Origin: Octopus vulgaris
Lineage: Eukaryota
Assembly (NCBI GenBank): GCA_951406725.2
Contig: OX597819.1
Coordinates: 27,900,001-27,964,000 of the forward strand
Direction: 5' to 3'
DNA length: 64,000 bases
A program made the translations under genes and the position numbers. This document shows, piece by piece, positions 1 through 13,620 of this stretch (position 1 is its first letter; each line of letters begins with the position of its first letter). Below the pieces are notes generated by a model. The model saw only the letters and a program-made list of their open reading frames with translations. It made no database searches and was not told the origin of the DNA.

Positions 1-686
1 AGCAACTAGCAAGAACCATAATTTGCTAGACTGAGCTGTTCTCATTTAGCACTGCTGACCAACTGAGATTGGTAAGTAACTATGGATTAAATTACTATTT
101 TTTTCTGAAGGTCTAGTGTTTCAAGGTGTTGCAATAGTCTATCTAATGATTACCACACAACATACTAGTATTCGCTAGTGATGATAAACTAAATCTGTTT
201 TATTCTGCTCTTGGATAAATATTCTATAAATTATACATAATCCCAAAAGAAAATTGGAAGACAAATGTCTGATGCTTGATTTGAATTTGGATTTACATGG
301 AGTTCTAAGCATCAGTTAACCATTGTGCTATTTCATTTGAAATAGCAATTCTTCAACATGTGTGTGTTGCTTGTTTGTCTTGACTATTTGATAATTATAC
401 ACAAGCATGACTGTCATACAAATGGTATCATTCATTTCCTAACTTTCCTGAGAAACTTGATTGGTCATATTACCTTTGTTGGAAACAAGTGAGGGTTGGT
501 GACAGGAAGGGCATCCAAGAGTAAAAAAAATATGTCTCAACAACTGACTCATGCAAGCATTAGAGAAGTGGATGTTATAATAAAGATGATGATGATGATG
601 GGGATGATGATACATACACACACACACAGTATTTTTTATTGTGCATATATTAATTATTGTATCTGTTTTACTCTCTCTCTCCACAG

Positions 687-1027
687 CCATCCCTGTCAGC
701 AAACTCCTCTTCTACCCTCATTTCAACCCCTTCTGCATCATCTGCTACTCTGAATGAACAGCATGATGTTCAGACTGCTGCTGCAGTTGTCAGTGATGAA
801 CTAGATCAGGTACCCAGTGAGGAGAACATCAATTCTTCACAGACAGATGCTCCATTTAACAACGGTGTCAGTGACCTCACAGATATTCCTTCCACTTCTG
901 CAGTGGTGGCTCCACACAGCACACCTCTACTCAGCAGCAGCATGGAACTGCCTTCAGCTGAAAGTTTCCATTCATTTCGTCAACAGTCTCTTGTATCCGT
1001 TTCTGATTCAGCTTCTTCATCTAGCAG
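687..1027 (+). CDS. AMFR: AMFR/gp78 E3 ubiquitin ligase, internal Ser-rich linker exon (third-last coding exon)
   Basis: Acceptor ctctccacag|687, open frame PSLSANSSSTL...DSASSSS, donor ag|gtaacg at 1028. Phase 2 matches the exon at 2398. The sequence is low-complexity, so identity rests on splicing into the recognisable downstream exons. Confidence 0.8.
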
Positions 1028-2397
1028 GTAACGTAACATCATCATGTCCTTTTTCAAAATTGAACATTTTTAAAATACCTTTAATGAGATAATTTTAACA
1101 ATTTTTATATATACAGGGTTGGTGGCCAAAAGTCACCTGACAGTAAATCAAAATTCCAGCTGTTGAGCTGTTTTGCACTGTGAAGAAATTATTTCTTTTT
1201 TGGTACATTGAGAGAAAGCCGAGTTAGAGTATTTAGTGACCTAGTTTTCTTTCCCTTCACTTTTTCTTTTTCTTAGAATCTGTTGAGCATCATTCTAAAT
1301 ATATTGCAGTATCTCATTACATTCCTTTATGCTCTGAGTTCAAATTCTTCCAAAATTGTCTTTGCTTTTCATCCTTTTAGGGTTGATAAAATAAAGTACC
1401 AGTATAAAGCTGAGTGTAAATGATTTCTCTTCTCAAAAATTTCTGGCTTTGTACTTTTGTTAGACTAAATATTTGTGATTAAATACTTTGTCCCCTAATG
1501 TTTGTAAGCTTTAATTTTTTTAAAGTAAATTTTTATTTTTTTCATTAAGTTTTATCTATATTCTGTGTTTGTTGGTTGGTTCATAAGATATTTGGTTCAA
1601 TAAGAACTTTCTTCATTTATTAGTGTAATCTACATTAAACATTCATGCAGTTTTTCAGTTCATATTAACCTTTTTCCTATCCAAAGCATTTTCATAAGTT
1701 TCTCCTAAACGTCCATGCTTGTTTTTCTGTCTTTTAATCAGCTCTTCTTTCATACATTCCTTTCATAAGTCTGAAGCTACAATACTATACTCAATTACCT
1801 AAAAAATTATACAGCAAATCAATTGTAAATATATATTATTTAAAATTAAGATGCATTTAAACAATATTATCAAAGATTTATTTTCACAACAAAACTGAAT
1901 ATAACAAATATAATAATACATACCAATATTAATGATTAATAGAATGAAAACATATTTACAAAACAACTGTATCAATAAGTATCATTAAATAAACAAGTAT
2001 ATAATTTACATGTCTATACTCAAAATCTTATAATTATACACAACTATTAAGTCACTTATTTATTTATGATATTTAAATAAAAAAATTTTTACATATTACA
2101 CAACCTACAAAAAGATATTATAAATAACCAGAGTTACATCTAGTTCAAACGACGACAACTACAGATCCCAATATTCAATTTATTCATTACAATAAAAATA
2201 AATTAACTGTTGAAAAAAATCTGGGAATGTGTATCGTATATGCTGCATGGACACCAAGTAAATATGTCCTGTGTATTACATGTGACCCAGAGAGCTAAGA
2301 GGGCTGATCCCATGATTGTTATTTCAGTCTTAAATTTCCTTTCAATTGAATTTTATTTATTTTTTTGTTTTTTTTTTAATCTCAATTCTGGTTTTAG

Positions 2398-2514
2398 TTC
2401 CCATGATGACTTCCCTACGTCTACGTGTACTGGAGGAAGATTCTCAAAGTCAGCAAGTGAAAGAGAAGGGATGTTACAACAGAGAAAAAACAATATGCTG
2501 GAAAATGCCAGAAG
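2398..2514 (+). CDS. AMFR: AMFR exon encoding the Ube2g2-binding region (G2BR)
   Basis: Acceptor ttttag|2398, donor ag|gtgatt at 2515. GGRFSKSASEREGMLQQRKNNMLENARR resembles the human gp78 G2BR as I recall it (RFSKSADERQRMLVQRKDELLQQARKRFL). Confidence 0.92.
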
Positions 2515-3232
2515 GTGATTCAATTTTGCAATTAAAATAAACCTAGGAGTGATGTCATTGTTCTGTACCGACTGTTTCCAGACTAGCATGGGTTAGACAA
2601 TTTAGCTAGGCAGTTTTTTTTTTAAAATAATAATAATAATAATGAAATTATCGTATACAGTGCTATGGTTGGATGTTCTTCTTGTTGCCAACTTTTACTT
2701 GTTTTTTCATGTTAGGTGTTTTTATTCCAGTGGTTTTGAGGTAGTGAGTTTGATTCTTGGACTGGGCTTTGTGTGGTGTTCTTGAGTAAGACGCTTTATT
2801 TTTCATGTTGCTCTAGTTCACTCAGCTGTTGAAATGAGTTGCGATGTCACTGGTGCCAAGCTGTATTGGCCTTAGATAACATCAGTGATGTATAGAAGGG
2901 AGACTGGCATGCATGGGTAAGTGCTGGTCTTCCATAAACAACCTTGTCCAGACTTATGCCTCAGAGGGTAACTTTCTAGGTGCAATCTCATGGTCATTTA
3001 TGACCAAAGGGGGGTCTCTCTTTCACATGTTGAAACCAATGACACTGCCAAGCTATAAGTTTACTGTTTACTGGAGATGTACACAAGTATCACCTTTTGC
3101 TCAACTGGTGACTATAAAAGCACATGGTAGCAAGCAGTTGTTCACATAGAACAAATACACTCACCTACATGCAAGTGAATAGACATATGTGCGCACACAC
3201 ACTGTTCATATATATGTATACCATCAATGTAT

Positions 3233-3542
3233 TCTTTTCTCTTTTACTTATTTCAGTCATTTGACTGTGGCCACATTGGAACACTGCCTTTAGTCAAACA
3301 AATTGACCCCAGTATTTATTCTTTGTAAGCCTAGTGCTTATTTTATTGGTCTCTTTTGCTGAACTGCTAAGTTACAGGGACATAAACACATCAACATCAG
3401 TTATGAAGTGATGGTTGGGAGAACAAACACAGACACACAAACATATATATATAAGTTACAAAGAATAAGTGCTGGAGTCAATTTTGTTTGAGTGAAGGTG
3501 GTGCTCCAGCATGGCCACAGTCAAATGACTGAAATAGGTAAA

Positions 3543-3545
<3 letters not shown>
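3233..3545. mobile_element. Two partial family-A SINE tails in inverted orientation
   Basis: 3242-3330 (tttcagtcatttgactgtggcc...) is the reverse complement of 3455-3544 (...ggccacagtcaaatgactgaaa); both match the 3' end of the SINE at 14940. Confidence 0.8.
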
Positions 3546-3581
<36 letters not shown>

Positions 3582-4263
3582 CATACATACAAACAAACAT
3601 ACACTTTTTCCCAACCTTGAACATAAGACCTGACTACTTTCAAGAACCTGGTGATCTCTGAGTTATTGTTGGTGGTGGTTAGAGGCAAAAGTATGATGTG
3701 CTTACTCATTTCCTGTGTCATACTGGGATTTACCATGTTGATGCTGTCAATATATTGGAAAGAGAATGGTGAAAGTTAAAATTTCATACATGCCATGTAA
3801 CACTATGTTTGGTTATCTTTCATTTGTAGCCTGTTAAAGCTGTATTCACAAGTGTCTGGCATGCCTTATAGCAATGTTCTTGATGAAAGAAACAATTTGT
3901 TACCTCAAGTAGATGTGATTTCCACTACTGCTGAAGAGCATTGTTTGTCAGTGTATATTAGAAAATTATTTTAAGAGGTCTTAGATTAGTTTTTCTAATT
4001 TGAAAGTGATATTTACAAGGTACTAATTATTATTCTTTTTTTTTTTCTGTGTAAAGCAACAATAAATAATTTATTTGATATTCTGTTGTTACTTACAAAT
4101 TCTTAACAGAACTAATTTGCACAAGAGTTTTCTCTAATTCTTAGATTGAATTCTTTTAGTAATTATTTAGGTTGGTTATTTCACTGAAGTTTCTTTGTAA
4201 TTTTTTGTGTTTTTTTTTTTTCTTCAAAAAAAATTTCAGTAAAATTCTTTCTCTAATTTACAG

Positions 4264-4399
4264 ACGTTACTTAAATGTTCCGAGAGAAACGAACCGTGAA
4301 GATTTGGAAGGCTATGATTCAATTACTTCAGACATGAGAGAATTGGCATATCAAGCAGCAAGACGGCGAATGCAAGAACAGCTACCTCAGAACACATGA
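4264..4399 (+). CDS. AMFR: AMFR terminal coding exon with p97/VCP-interacting motif (VIM)
   Basis: Acceptor tttacag|4264 (phase 2). RYLNVPRE...MRELAYQAARRRMQEQLPQNT-stop resembles the gp78 VIM (RRRMLAAAAERRLQ). Confidence 0.92.
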
Positions 4400-5054
4400 A
4401 ATTCATCCCCAGAAATTCAATTGCTCCTCTCCAAAATTTTCTTTTCTTCGTGACTTCTTATTTCATATTTTTGTCCCTTTCTCTCTTTACCTGGAGTTCA
4501 CTTGCTTTCTTCTACCCTCCCTCTAGGGTGTAGAACATGCTACATAACACCCTGCACCCAGTTATCGTTCTGTTAGTGGGAGAAGAGAGAACTGGAATGA
4601 TGATAATACTCAATAAATAAAAACACTTGAATGTGATCTGAGTCTAAATGAGAATACCTGCTGCTGCTGCTGCTGTTGCTGCTTCCCAGCACTTTTGTCT
4701 AAGCTACACTTTCGTATCTGGCCTTCAACAGAATACCAAAATATTGCTTTCACAGCCTGCTTTTTACAGGTTGGGGTGAGACAGTCAGAACACAAACTTT
4801 TGGAAGTTCACCTTTATTGCATTCACATTGTTCTTATAGTTATTGTAAAGTGTTTTTAAATCAGAACTCTATTTTATATATCTGAATGCATTATACAGGT
4901 GAATGCAATATTTCATTCAAGGTGTATGCGGGCACTGACACACACACATGCACACACAAACACGCATTGGATTCTAAGTTTGACTTGAGTATGCATGCCA
5001 TACTGTCTGTGTTTGTGTGTGATAAAACTTTTGTCAAACACATTTTAAAGTATA

Positions 5055-5128
<74 letters not shown>

Positions 5129-5336
5129 GTGTATATATTGGTTTTTGCCTATGATTAATTAAAGAAACTTGATTTAGATAAACTCTGAGTTTGTATGTTT
5201 GTTACTCCTTTTAAGTGTGGAGTTTAAATTATTATTTTCTTCCTTTGTTTTGCTTGTTTTATTTCAAGGGTTACCTTGCATGTCAAACTACTGCAAAAGG
5301 CATATCACAAAACATAATATAATGAACAATATTGTC

Positions 5337-5382
<46 letters not shown>

Positions 5383-6200
5383 GCTATCTTGGAATTAACA
5401 TAAGATGGTGGTAAATATGAGGATGGTAAAAATGTTTATTATTCCTCTGTATTGCTTAGGTTAATTTCCTTTTTTGACTCCTCTGCTTTAAAAATAATTT
5501 TTTTGTAACTGTGTTTTGTTTAGATAATAATTTCTGAAATACTCTGCTAACTTACCTGTATGAATTAACATTATGAGCTTTTTTTTCTTTTTATGTTTTC
5601 TTAAAATCTGCAATAATATATATATATATATATACATCTTGCCATTCGGGTAGATAATGCAGTTAATATTTTGATGGTATTTTTTTATAATATTTCTGAT
5701 TTTGAAATTTTTTTTTTAATTTTTTTTTTATTTTGGTCAGAAGAAATGGTTTTATTTTATTTATTCATACATACATATAAATATTCTCATTTTTTTATAT
5801 CAACAGTCTCATAGCTGTCCCATTCTTCTGTTCTGCACCGAGAAAGGGGAAAAGCAAAAGACAAGAGTAAAACAGAAGACGTTTTATTTAAAACTTTAAC
5901 AAGCAAATAAACAAAAACAAGAATACAGTGGGTGGTAATTAAACTATCAGAGTTTAAAAACTAAACATAACGACCTTGTCGAGTTGTTTAATTATCAGGT
6001 TTGCTTTGCTATGATTTGTGGCGATTTATATTTCTAGATATACAGTTTAAGAAAATGTAAATCTTTTCAATATCTAGCTATTTTAAAAATTTATGAATAA
6101 AAATAGTAATGAACTAAATTTCCTTATTTGCTTCATCTTAAAAACAATAAAAACATATGTACAATAATAAAATTCCTTATATATTATCTTTTTATTTTAT
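4400..6200 (+). other. Probable AMFR 3' UTR (end uncertain)
   Basis: Follows the stop codon; AT-rich, free of SINEs until about 6300; several AATAAA hexamers (about 4613, 5906, 6096, 6146, 6166). The true end needs RNA data. Confidence 0.5.
5061..5126. repeat. (TA)n microsatellite
   Basis: Perfect TA run. Confidence 0.95.
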
Positions 6201-6300
6201 CCTACTTGAAATAATTTCAATTTCTTGTGTAGTGTCTTCTAAGAAGTTTCCAATGTTTTTCTGTATCTGTTTAAGTTCTCATTGTATATAGACAGTGAGA

Positions 6301-6520
6301 AGGAAGTGAGCTGGCAGAATCATTACAGCATTGGGGAAAAATGCATTGCTATGTTCCTTCTGTCTCTTTACAATCTGAGTTCAAATCCTGTTGAGGTCAG
6401 CAATGCCTTTCACCCTTTCAGGGTTGATAAAATAACATACTAGTCAAATACTGTGGTTGATGGTATTGACTAAGCCCCCTTCCCTCTAAATTTTTGGCCT
6501 TGTGCCTAAATCAGAAACCA
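6301..6520 (+). mobile_element. Family-B tRNA-derived SINE, diverged
   Basis: gtgagctggcagaatc...gagttcaaatc...ctttcagggttgataaaataa, shared with 8412, 9239 and 13621. Confidence 0.75.
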
Positions 6521-7169
6521 TGTACAGGCAGTTGGTGGAAGAATCAGAAAAACTTTTGTGGAAAATACCTTACAGTATTCTCTTTACATCCCTTTACATT
6601 TGAAGTTCAGTTGAACTTTGCCTTTTGTTCTTCCACGGTCAATGAAATAAATATCAATCAAATACTGATTGACCAACTAAATCCTCGAAGGTGGTACCCC
6701 AGCATGGTTACAGTCCGAGTGAAGTCAGTAAAAGAATACAAGAATATTCCCTCAAATACAAACCATTTACTATTTCCTTTTTCTTCTTTGCTTTAATTTT
6801 TGTGGGTTTATTTATTTTTTCTTACAAAAAAAAAATGAATTGTGTTTAACTTATCAAATAGTTTCTTTTTCTCCATTTTTCTATTTATTTTGTAATTTAC
6901 TGCATATTTTTCTTTTCCTATTTTTGTTTTATTAATTTTCTAATTTTATTTTTATTTAATCAATTTTAATATCAGTAATTGAGAAATATAACAGCTTCAG
7001 GTGATGTTTGTATTAGTTTAGCTTTTATTCTTTATTTCGATAGCAGAGATTCAACAATTTGAACTTCGTTACTGTTCACTATCAGTTCTTTGTTGAATTT
7101 TGGTTTACTACAATTAGAATTAAGTCTTTCAGAATATTCTCCTGTTCTAAAGACACCTGTTTTCTTTCA

Positions 7170-7610
7170 GATCTCTCTCTCTCTCTTTCACACACACACA
7201 CACACACACTCTCACACATCACATTTTTATGCAATCTTCTTTTATCTTTCCCACACACATTTTCACTTTACTTTTCTCTGACAGTCTCTCTCTCTCTCCC
7301 TCACTCTCTCTCTCTCTCTCCCTCTCTCTCTCAACCATTCATTCACTCTCTTTACCTATCTTTGATAGCCTCTCCCTCTCTCTCTCTCTCACATGCACAC
7401 ACACACACAAACATTCATTTACCCTCTTTATTTTTTCTGACAGTCTCTCTCTCTCTCTCTCAACCATTCATTCACCCATTTTACCTTTTTCTGATAGCCT
7501 CTCCTCTTTCTTTCTTTCTTTCTTTCTTTCTTTCACTCACTCATACACACTCATTCACCCTCTTTTCTCTAACAGTCTCTCTCTCTCATACACACACACA
7601 CACATACAAG
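7170..7610. repeat. CT/CA-rich compound repeat with roughly 130-bp higher-order units
   Basis: Recurring ctctcaaccattcattcac...tgatagcctctcc and ctgacagtctctctc blocks. Confidence 0.8.
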
Positions 7611-8411
7611 ACAGCTACAGTTGTTGATTATTATAATGATGATGATGATGATGGTGTGTTTCTATGAGGTTCACAATTGTATTAGATATTGGTATGAAGT
7701 GCTCACTACTAAGATTTCTACTACTGCTAAACAGTGATGACTTCATTTGTTCTCTGATGCTCTTGTTAGCTGTTGTATCATATTCTGACAATTTTATCTA
7801 ACAAACTACAAGAGTCATTCCAATGGAAATACCAAAAAAAAACAATCCAAAAAAATTGCTTATCTAATTTTTGTTGGTTTTTTTTTTTCTCGATATTTCC
7901 CTTCCCATTGTTGGAACATTCTTATGTTGAATGAAGAATTTGTTGTTAACCAAACTAAAGCAGTTTATTGTGACATCGAAAAAAAAAAATTATTTCTTTA
8001 CATAAGCCTGAAGATTGAGATCCTTTTTGAAGGTGGTTTTGCTAGTTATGCCTTTTCTTTAGAGCATTATTGACAAAGTAATACTAATCCAGTATTGAAA
8101 CCAGATTGCTGAGAGCTTCTTTGTACTACAGCACAATCCAGAGAATAATAAGACTATTTGATTTTTTCTTTTCTTTTTTTGATAACTCTATATATTAATT
8201 AGCTGTAAAGGTAGATAAATTCGTATAGATCTCAGATATCTTTTTATTGATTACCCACTTTGTTATCTTTCTGGAGTTGCTAAAATAACTGGTGCCAGTT
8301 ACATCCTGGGGTCAGTTCAGTTGAATGTACAACCACACACACTGTCTCCACAAATTTGTGATGTTGTATGAATGAAAGATGTCATTATTATTATTATTGT
8401 TATTGTTATTA

Positions 8412-8627
8412 AGGCAGTGAGCTGGCAGAATCATTAGTGCACCGGGCAAAATGTTTAACTGCATTTCGTCCGTCAATACATTCTGTGTTCAAATTCTGCC
8501 AAGGTCGACTTTGCCTTTCATTCTTTCAGGGTTGATAAAATAAGCACTGGTTGAGCACTGGAATAAATGTAATCAACTTACCCCACCTCCCCACAAATTT
8601 CAGGTTCTGTACCTGTAGTAGAAAATA
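8412..8627 (+). mobile_element. Family-B tRNA-derived SINE
   Basis: A-box-like tggcagaatc, B-box gttcaaattc, core gcctttcattctttcagggttgataaaataag, (TAT)n tail. Confidence 0.85.
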
Positions 8628-9238
8628 TTATTATTATTTGTTATCTTTGTCACATCATCAAAGACAGGGATTTTGGCGTCACATTTCTGACAAACTTGGG
8701 CCACACTTCTTAACAGCTTTTAGTAAAGCAATTTTTTTTTTTCCATCTTTGGCTGGAATATAAAGTTATGGCTAAAAGTTGTAAACAATCTCGATTATCA
8801 AACACACAAATACATAATTTTATTCTTAAGAATTTCAACTTGTTTTGGCTTTAGAGCAAATTCTTTAAGTCAAAACAAGTTGCAATTTATAAAAAAAATA
8901 AACTGAATAAATTTTACATGCTCTCTATTTTTGCATATTGAGTTCGTTATTTATATCATGGGAGTTCTTAGTCTTATATAATATAAATAAAAATTCTATA
9001 TAACTAAATAAAATTTATATAATCTGTGTGTCATATGCATTGAATCTCTTATTTGAATTAGAGAATTTTTAGTTTTTTGATTCAGTAATCTCTATCTATC
9101 TATCTGTATATATACAGATAGATAGCTGAATTTCCTTTATTTTTCTGTTTTATTATTTCTTTTGCTATATTAAGGACAATTAATCGGTAGAATTGCTATA
9201 GCATCAAACAAATTGCCTTGCAATATTCTTCCTTGTTA

Positions 9239-9625
9239 AGGTGGCAAGTTGGCAGAGTCATTAGCATACCAAGCAAAATACTTAGTGGCATTTCATCCGT
9301 CTCTACATTCTGAGTTCAAATTCCACCCAGGTTAACTTTGCCCTTCATCCAGGATCAATAAAATTAACTTCCAGTTGAGTACTGGGGTCGATGTGATCAA
9401 CTTATCTCCTTCCCCATACTTGTTGGCCTTGTACTAAAATTTGAAACCTGTATCTCTTGGTTCTTTACATTCCAAGTTCAAATTCCACTGAGGTCAACTT
9501 TGTCTTTCATCTTTTCAGGGCCAATAAAATAAACTACCAGTCAAGAATTGGAGTGGGGGGTACAGTATAATCAATAAAGGATTAACCTTCTGTCCTCAGA
9601 ATTGCTGGCTTTGTGTCCACATTAA
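9239..9625 (+). mobile_element. Tandem family-B SINEs (one full, one partial)
   Basis: Two consecutive gttcaaattccac...ctttcatc cores. Confidence 0.7.
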
Positions 9626-10062
9626 GGTTATTTCATTTACCATTTTAAGAAATGGAGGGAAAAGAAAATCAAGTAATTCTGTGCTGTTTGAGTATATTTA
9701 TTATATATTCTCTCCACTTGTTATGGAATATATTACCCACAATTTAAGCTATATATTTTCACTTTTTTTTTTGTCTTGAATGTCATCTAGAATTTTTCTT
9801 GGCCATCTCAAACATTTACCAGAAAGTTTATTTTTCTCTCATCATCAACTTTTGTCTCTATGAAATTGGTTTATAGGGATTAATATCATCTATCAGCTGA
9901 GCTTTCTACAGTTTAATATGTATCCAGTTATTGTTTATGTACTTGATTTCATATATATATATAAGTTGTAATAATAACATCAAACCAAACAGTTATATTT
10001 TAAGATCATTTATTATTTACATTTTAGGCCTGTGTAATATACAACAGGAAATGTTAAAGATC

Positions 10063-10065
<3 letters not shown>

Positions 10066-10137
<72 letters not shown>

Positions 10138-10146
10138 TCACACACA
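10066..10146. repeat. (CT)n(CA)n microsatellite
   Basis: Direct observation. Confidence 0.95.
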
Positions 10147-12086
10147 TGGTATCCTGAAAATGTTGCTATAATATGGAAGATTTCCAGGTATTCCATAACA
10201 TAACAGTGTGTCTATATAATATATTAGATATATAGTTGTTTGTATGTAAAGGATTTTATGCCAACATTCAAGATCTGTTTTCCTCTCCTTTATACATTTC
10301 TTGGAAGCAAAATATAATTTTTGCCAACTTCATGTTTATATTTCATTGAAGGGAAAGCATTTCCCCTTTAACTGTTTTTAATAGCATGTAATATATAAAA
10401 TGCCTGTTCTCACACAAATATGTGTAGATCTGTGTGTGAGGGTACGCATTTCTGAACAATACTTTGAAAGCAAAAGTGACCACAAAAATGTTATTTTGTA
10501 TATATATATTTTTTTTTTTTTTTTTTCATATTTATCAAGATGAGATATTTTGCTGTGTTTTTAAACATTGCAAATAATTTACCTAACCCTGCATGTGTGA
10601 GTGTATATATACAAAATTGTGTATGAGTTTAATGATGACATTGCCCATTGGTGAATGACAGGTAAATACGTGTATATATATATATATATATATATGTATT
10701 TCATTTTGTGAGAATGGCAAGGTGTTCAAAATGTCAGATGATGAGATTTACATGCTATACCAGCTACCCAGGTGTGCAGGTATGCATGGCTCTGTTCAGT
10801 CGCTGTCTGTGATTCTTGTATTATTTTTTACTTCAGAGTATACTTACAAATGAGAAGCAATTGATATTGCTTATATAAAAGAACTTGGGTATCATATAAC
10901 GCACACGCGTATGTGATAGCCAAATTGCCATATTTTTCTGCACCCGTCATCTCTGACGCGCATGTGGTGCTAGCTAACCACTCTGTTATCTAATATCTGC
11001 TAATATCCAGTTATCTAATAGCCAGTGTGAAACTGGTAGGTAAGATCAACTTAAATGGATCTATAATACTGTATACTTTGATTTATATATATATATATAT
11101 ATATAAATTAATTATTGATTGATTGCACTAAAAGACAAATTTACAAACTGAAACTTAAATTCTTGATAGACAGATTAGATAGATCCCTTTATCTCTAGAA
11201 AGCTATTTCTTGGTATTTTAGTTAACTACTTTGTGTAATTGATTGGTCATTTAATAACAAATCAAAAGTTTCTTTCCACTACACCCACCCCATTTTTCAA
11301 TATGGGTTTACCTTTTATTATTTAAAAACTTTAGTTTTTTGAGTTTTTTTTTTTTTTTTGAAGTGACATGTACCTAAATATTGGAATATAAACTTGAGGA
11401 GTTGGGTAAACGGGAAACAAATAAATTAGAAAGAAAAAAAGCTTTGAGATTATATTTTTTTTATAATATCATGTATGTGACTTCCATAGTTTTTGCTGTT
11501 TTTTCAATTTAATTGTGGAGTTTGAATGATAGCTGAAATATTACAGTGACATCAGGGACATGTGAGATAGCTGAAATGATGATAGCACACTAGACTAAAT
11601 TGCCTTACAGCATTTGGTTTTTGAACATTCCATGAAAGTTTGTTTCAACATCCAGTTAAATAAGTACCAGTAATATTCTTGACTACATCCCAGCTACCAA
11701 AATGGTATCTATAATGAAAAAAACAAAAGGCAACATACAACTATATATCTTCAGATGAAATAATTTTATAAAATACTGTTGGTTTTATTTATTTATTAAA
11801 TTATTTTTCTTCGTCAGTTCATCAGCTTAAAACCTCCAATCTTTGCCAACATGGAAAGCCTGGCATAAAAACAATGATGATGACTTCAAGGTTTTTCCTT
11901 GTGTAAAGTAAACCAACATGTAATATTTGTATTGAAAGCATGGCATTTTTTCTTTTAGTTTTTTAATTTGATCAGTTATGTAAATTTACCTTACTGTATA
12001 ATGTACTACGTTTTGTATAAATGTTCAATGTTGCCCCCCAAATCTCTGATAGTAAAGCTACTATATCAAAATAGCTTTATTTTGTA

Positions 12087-12363
12087 CTAGCAGTATCGCT
12101 CGGGTTTGTAAGGGAAATAACTATATAAGCATTTTTAGAGAGTTACTTCCCTTATATAATAGCAAAAATGCATTAAAAATGATGGTATTTTTTTTTTAAA
12201 TCGTAGACTCATCGTAGACACGCGCTAATATCTAGAAGGGCTTGATATGAATCACGACTATAAGATACCCGCTTTTGGTTAAACTGCACCACAAAATGTG
12301 GGAGTAAGGAATCTAAATCATAGGAGACAGACACTCACACAACTTCACTTTTATATATAAAGA
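12087..12363 (-). mobile_element. Non-autonomous Helitron (short family)
   Basis: On the minus strand: A|TCTTTATATATAAAA...GATACTGCTAG|T, no TSD; homologous to 18722-19116. Confidence 0.9.
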
Positions 12364-13620
12364 TTACAACTTAAGGATATATATATATATATAAATGTAT
12401 GTGGTAGATGTAATCTGTGGCTTGGATTAACACCATCATTTAACCTTGATCCTTGGGTTCCTTATGTGAAGTTCACTCTGTTGGAAGTATTCGGACAAGG
12501 TCTTCAGTTTAAGGATAACTTCTAACCAGTCTGAGAGAACCTGAAAAAATATATAGGGTGATGAATGATGCTCTTCCCTCATTGAGAAAGGAAGAGCATA
12601 CGTATATAATGTGTAGGCACAGTATGGCTTAATGATTAAGAAGTTCACCTTACAACCATGAGGTCTTAGGTTCAATCACCCTGTGTAACATGTTGGGCAA
12701 ATGTAATTTTTTATGGCCTTAAGTCCATTCATATCTTCTGAGCAAAATTGGATAGACAGAAACTGTATAGAAGCACATTGAACGGATTGTACTTGTAATT
12801 CAAAAGGTACTGCTTTGTCACACTGTGTCAAACTGATTCTACCTGAGAATCACATTAAGGGTTCACATGTCTTTTCAATGCTCAACCACTTGCACATTAA
12901 TTCAATAGCATCTAATTCGGTTGATCAAAGAACTGGCTACTGATCGTTGAGTGACAGAGATCCACTATATTTTATGTGGTACAAAGATATAAAAGTGCAC
13001 TAAAAAAGACCCTAAGCATCCTTGCATTAATGGTGTGTGTAGTCTGATGTAAGTCTTAAAGTACCACGACCCTTTGAGTCATTTGAGAAGTCCATTAAGG
13101 TTTCATTCTTGTGCAGTGCTTCAGAGGGAGATAGGTACATTGCAGTGCATTCTTCTCACTTTTTACCAACTCCTTACAAGATTTCTGACTCAACACTGAT
13201 AACATCTAAGCGAACTGGGCCAATTTTGAAAGTGAAGTAGCTTTGCCATAATAGACAGAAATAGGGCATGTGCCATTGTGTGTTCAACCACTCGCTTGTC
13301 ACTCTTTAAAACTTGACTAGCTGCTACACTCAAAATCTGATGGAGTTGGTTGGTTTCCACTATAAAATAAAAACATTTTAATCCCGAGTTTTTGATGTAA
13401 CAGAGATTTGGTGATGTTCATCCATAAATTGTTAATGTTGAATAAAAGGAAGTTGTAAAGTTGCCTTTAATAAATTTAGTATAAGCTTCTGACATTGGCA
13501 ATATATATTGAGTTGAGTTTACTGAATTATATGTTGTGTACAATTGTGGGGACCTTTACTATACTGTTAAAAACTCATCTCTTTAGTGTGTCTGGTAATT
13601 TTTTTTTATCATTAGTAGTA

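Noticed and set aside
1-80. Possible AMFR exon ending at the g|gtaagt donor near 72
   Set aside because: All three + frames have stops within the first 35 nt and no AMFR-like peptide is recognisable.
7059-7667. 202-aa and 132-aa ORFs
   Set aside because: Translations of CT/CA microsatellites (SLSL, HTHT).
7734-7757. GTGATGA...CTGA resembling snoRNA C/D boxes
   Set aside because: Boxes are only about a dozen nt apart with no guide region; (GAT)n motifs are abundant by chance here.
10730-10960. Possible structured RNA or C/D snoRNA (gtcagatgatga ... tcatctctgac)
   Set aside because: Only about 11 nt of imperfect complementarity over 220 nt; no convincing fold or guide.
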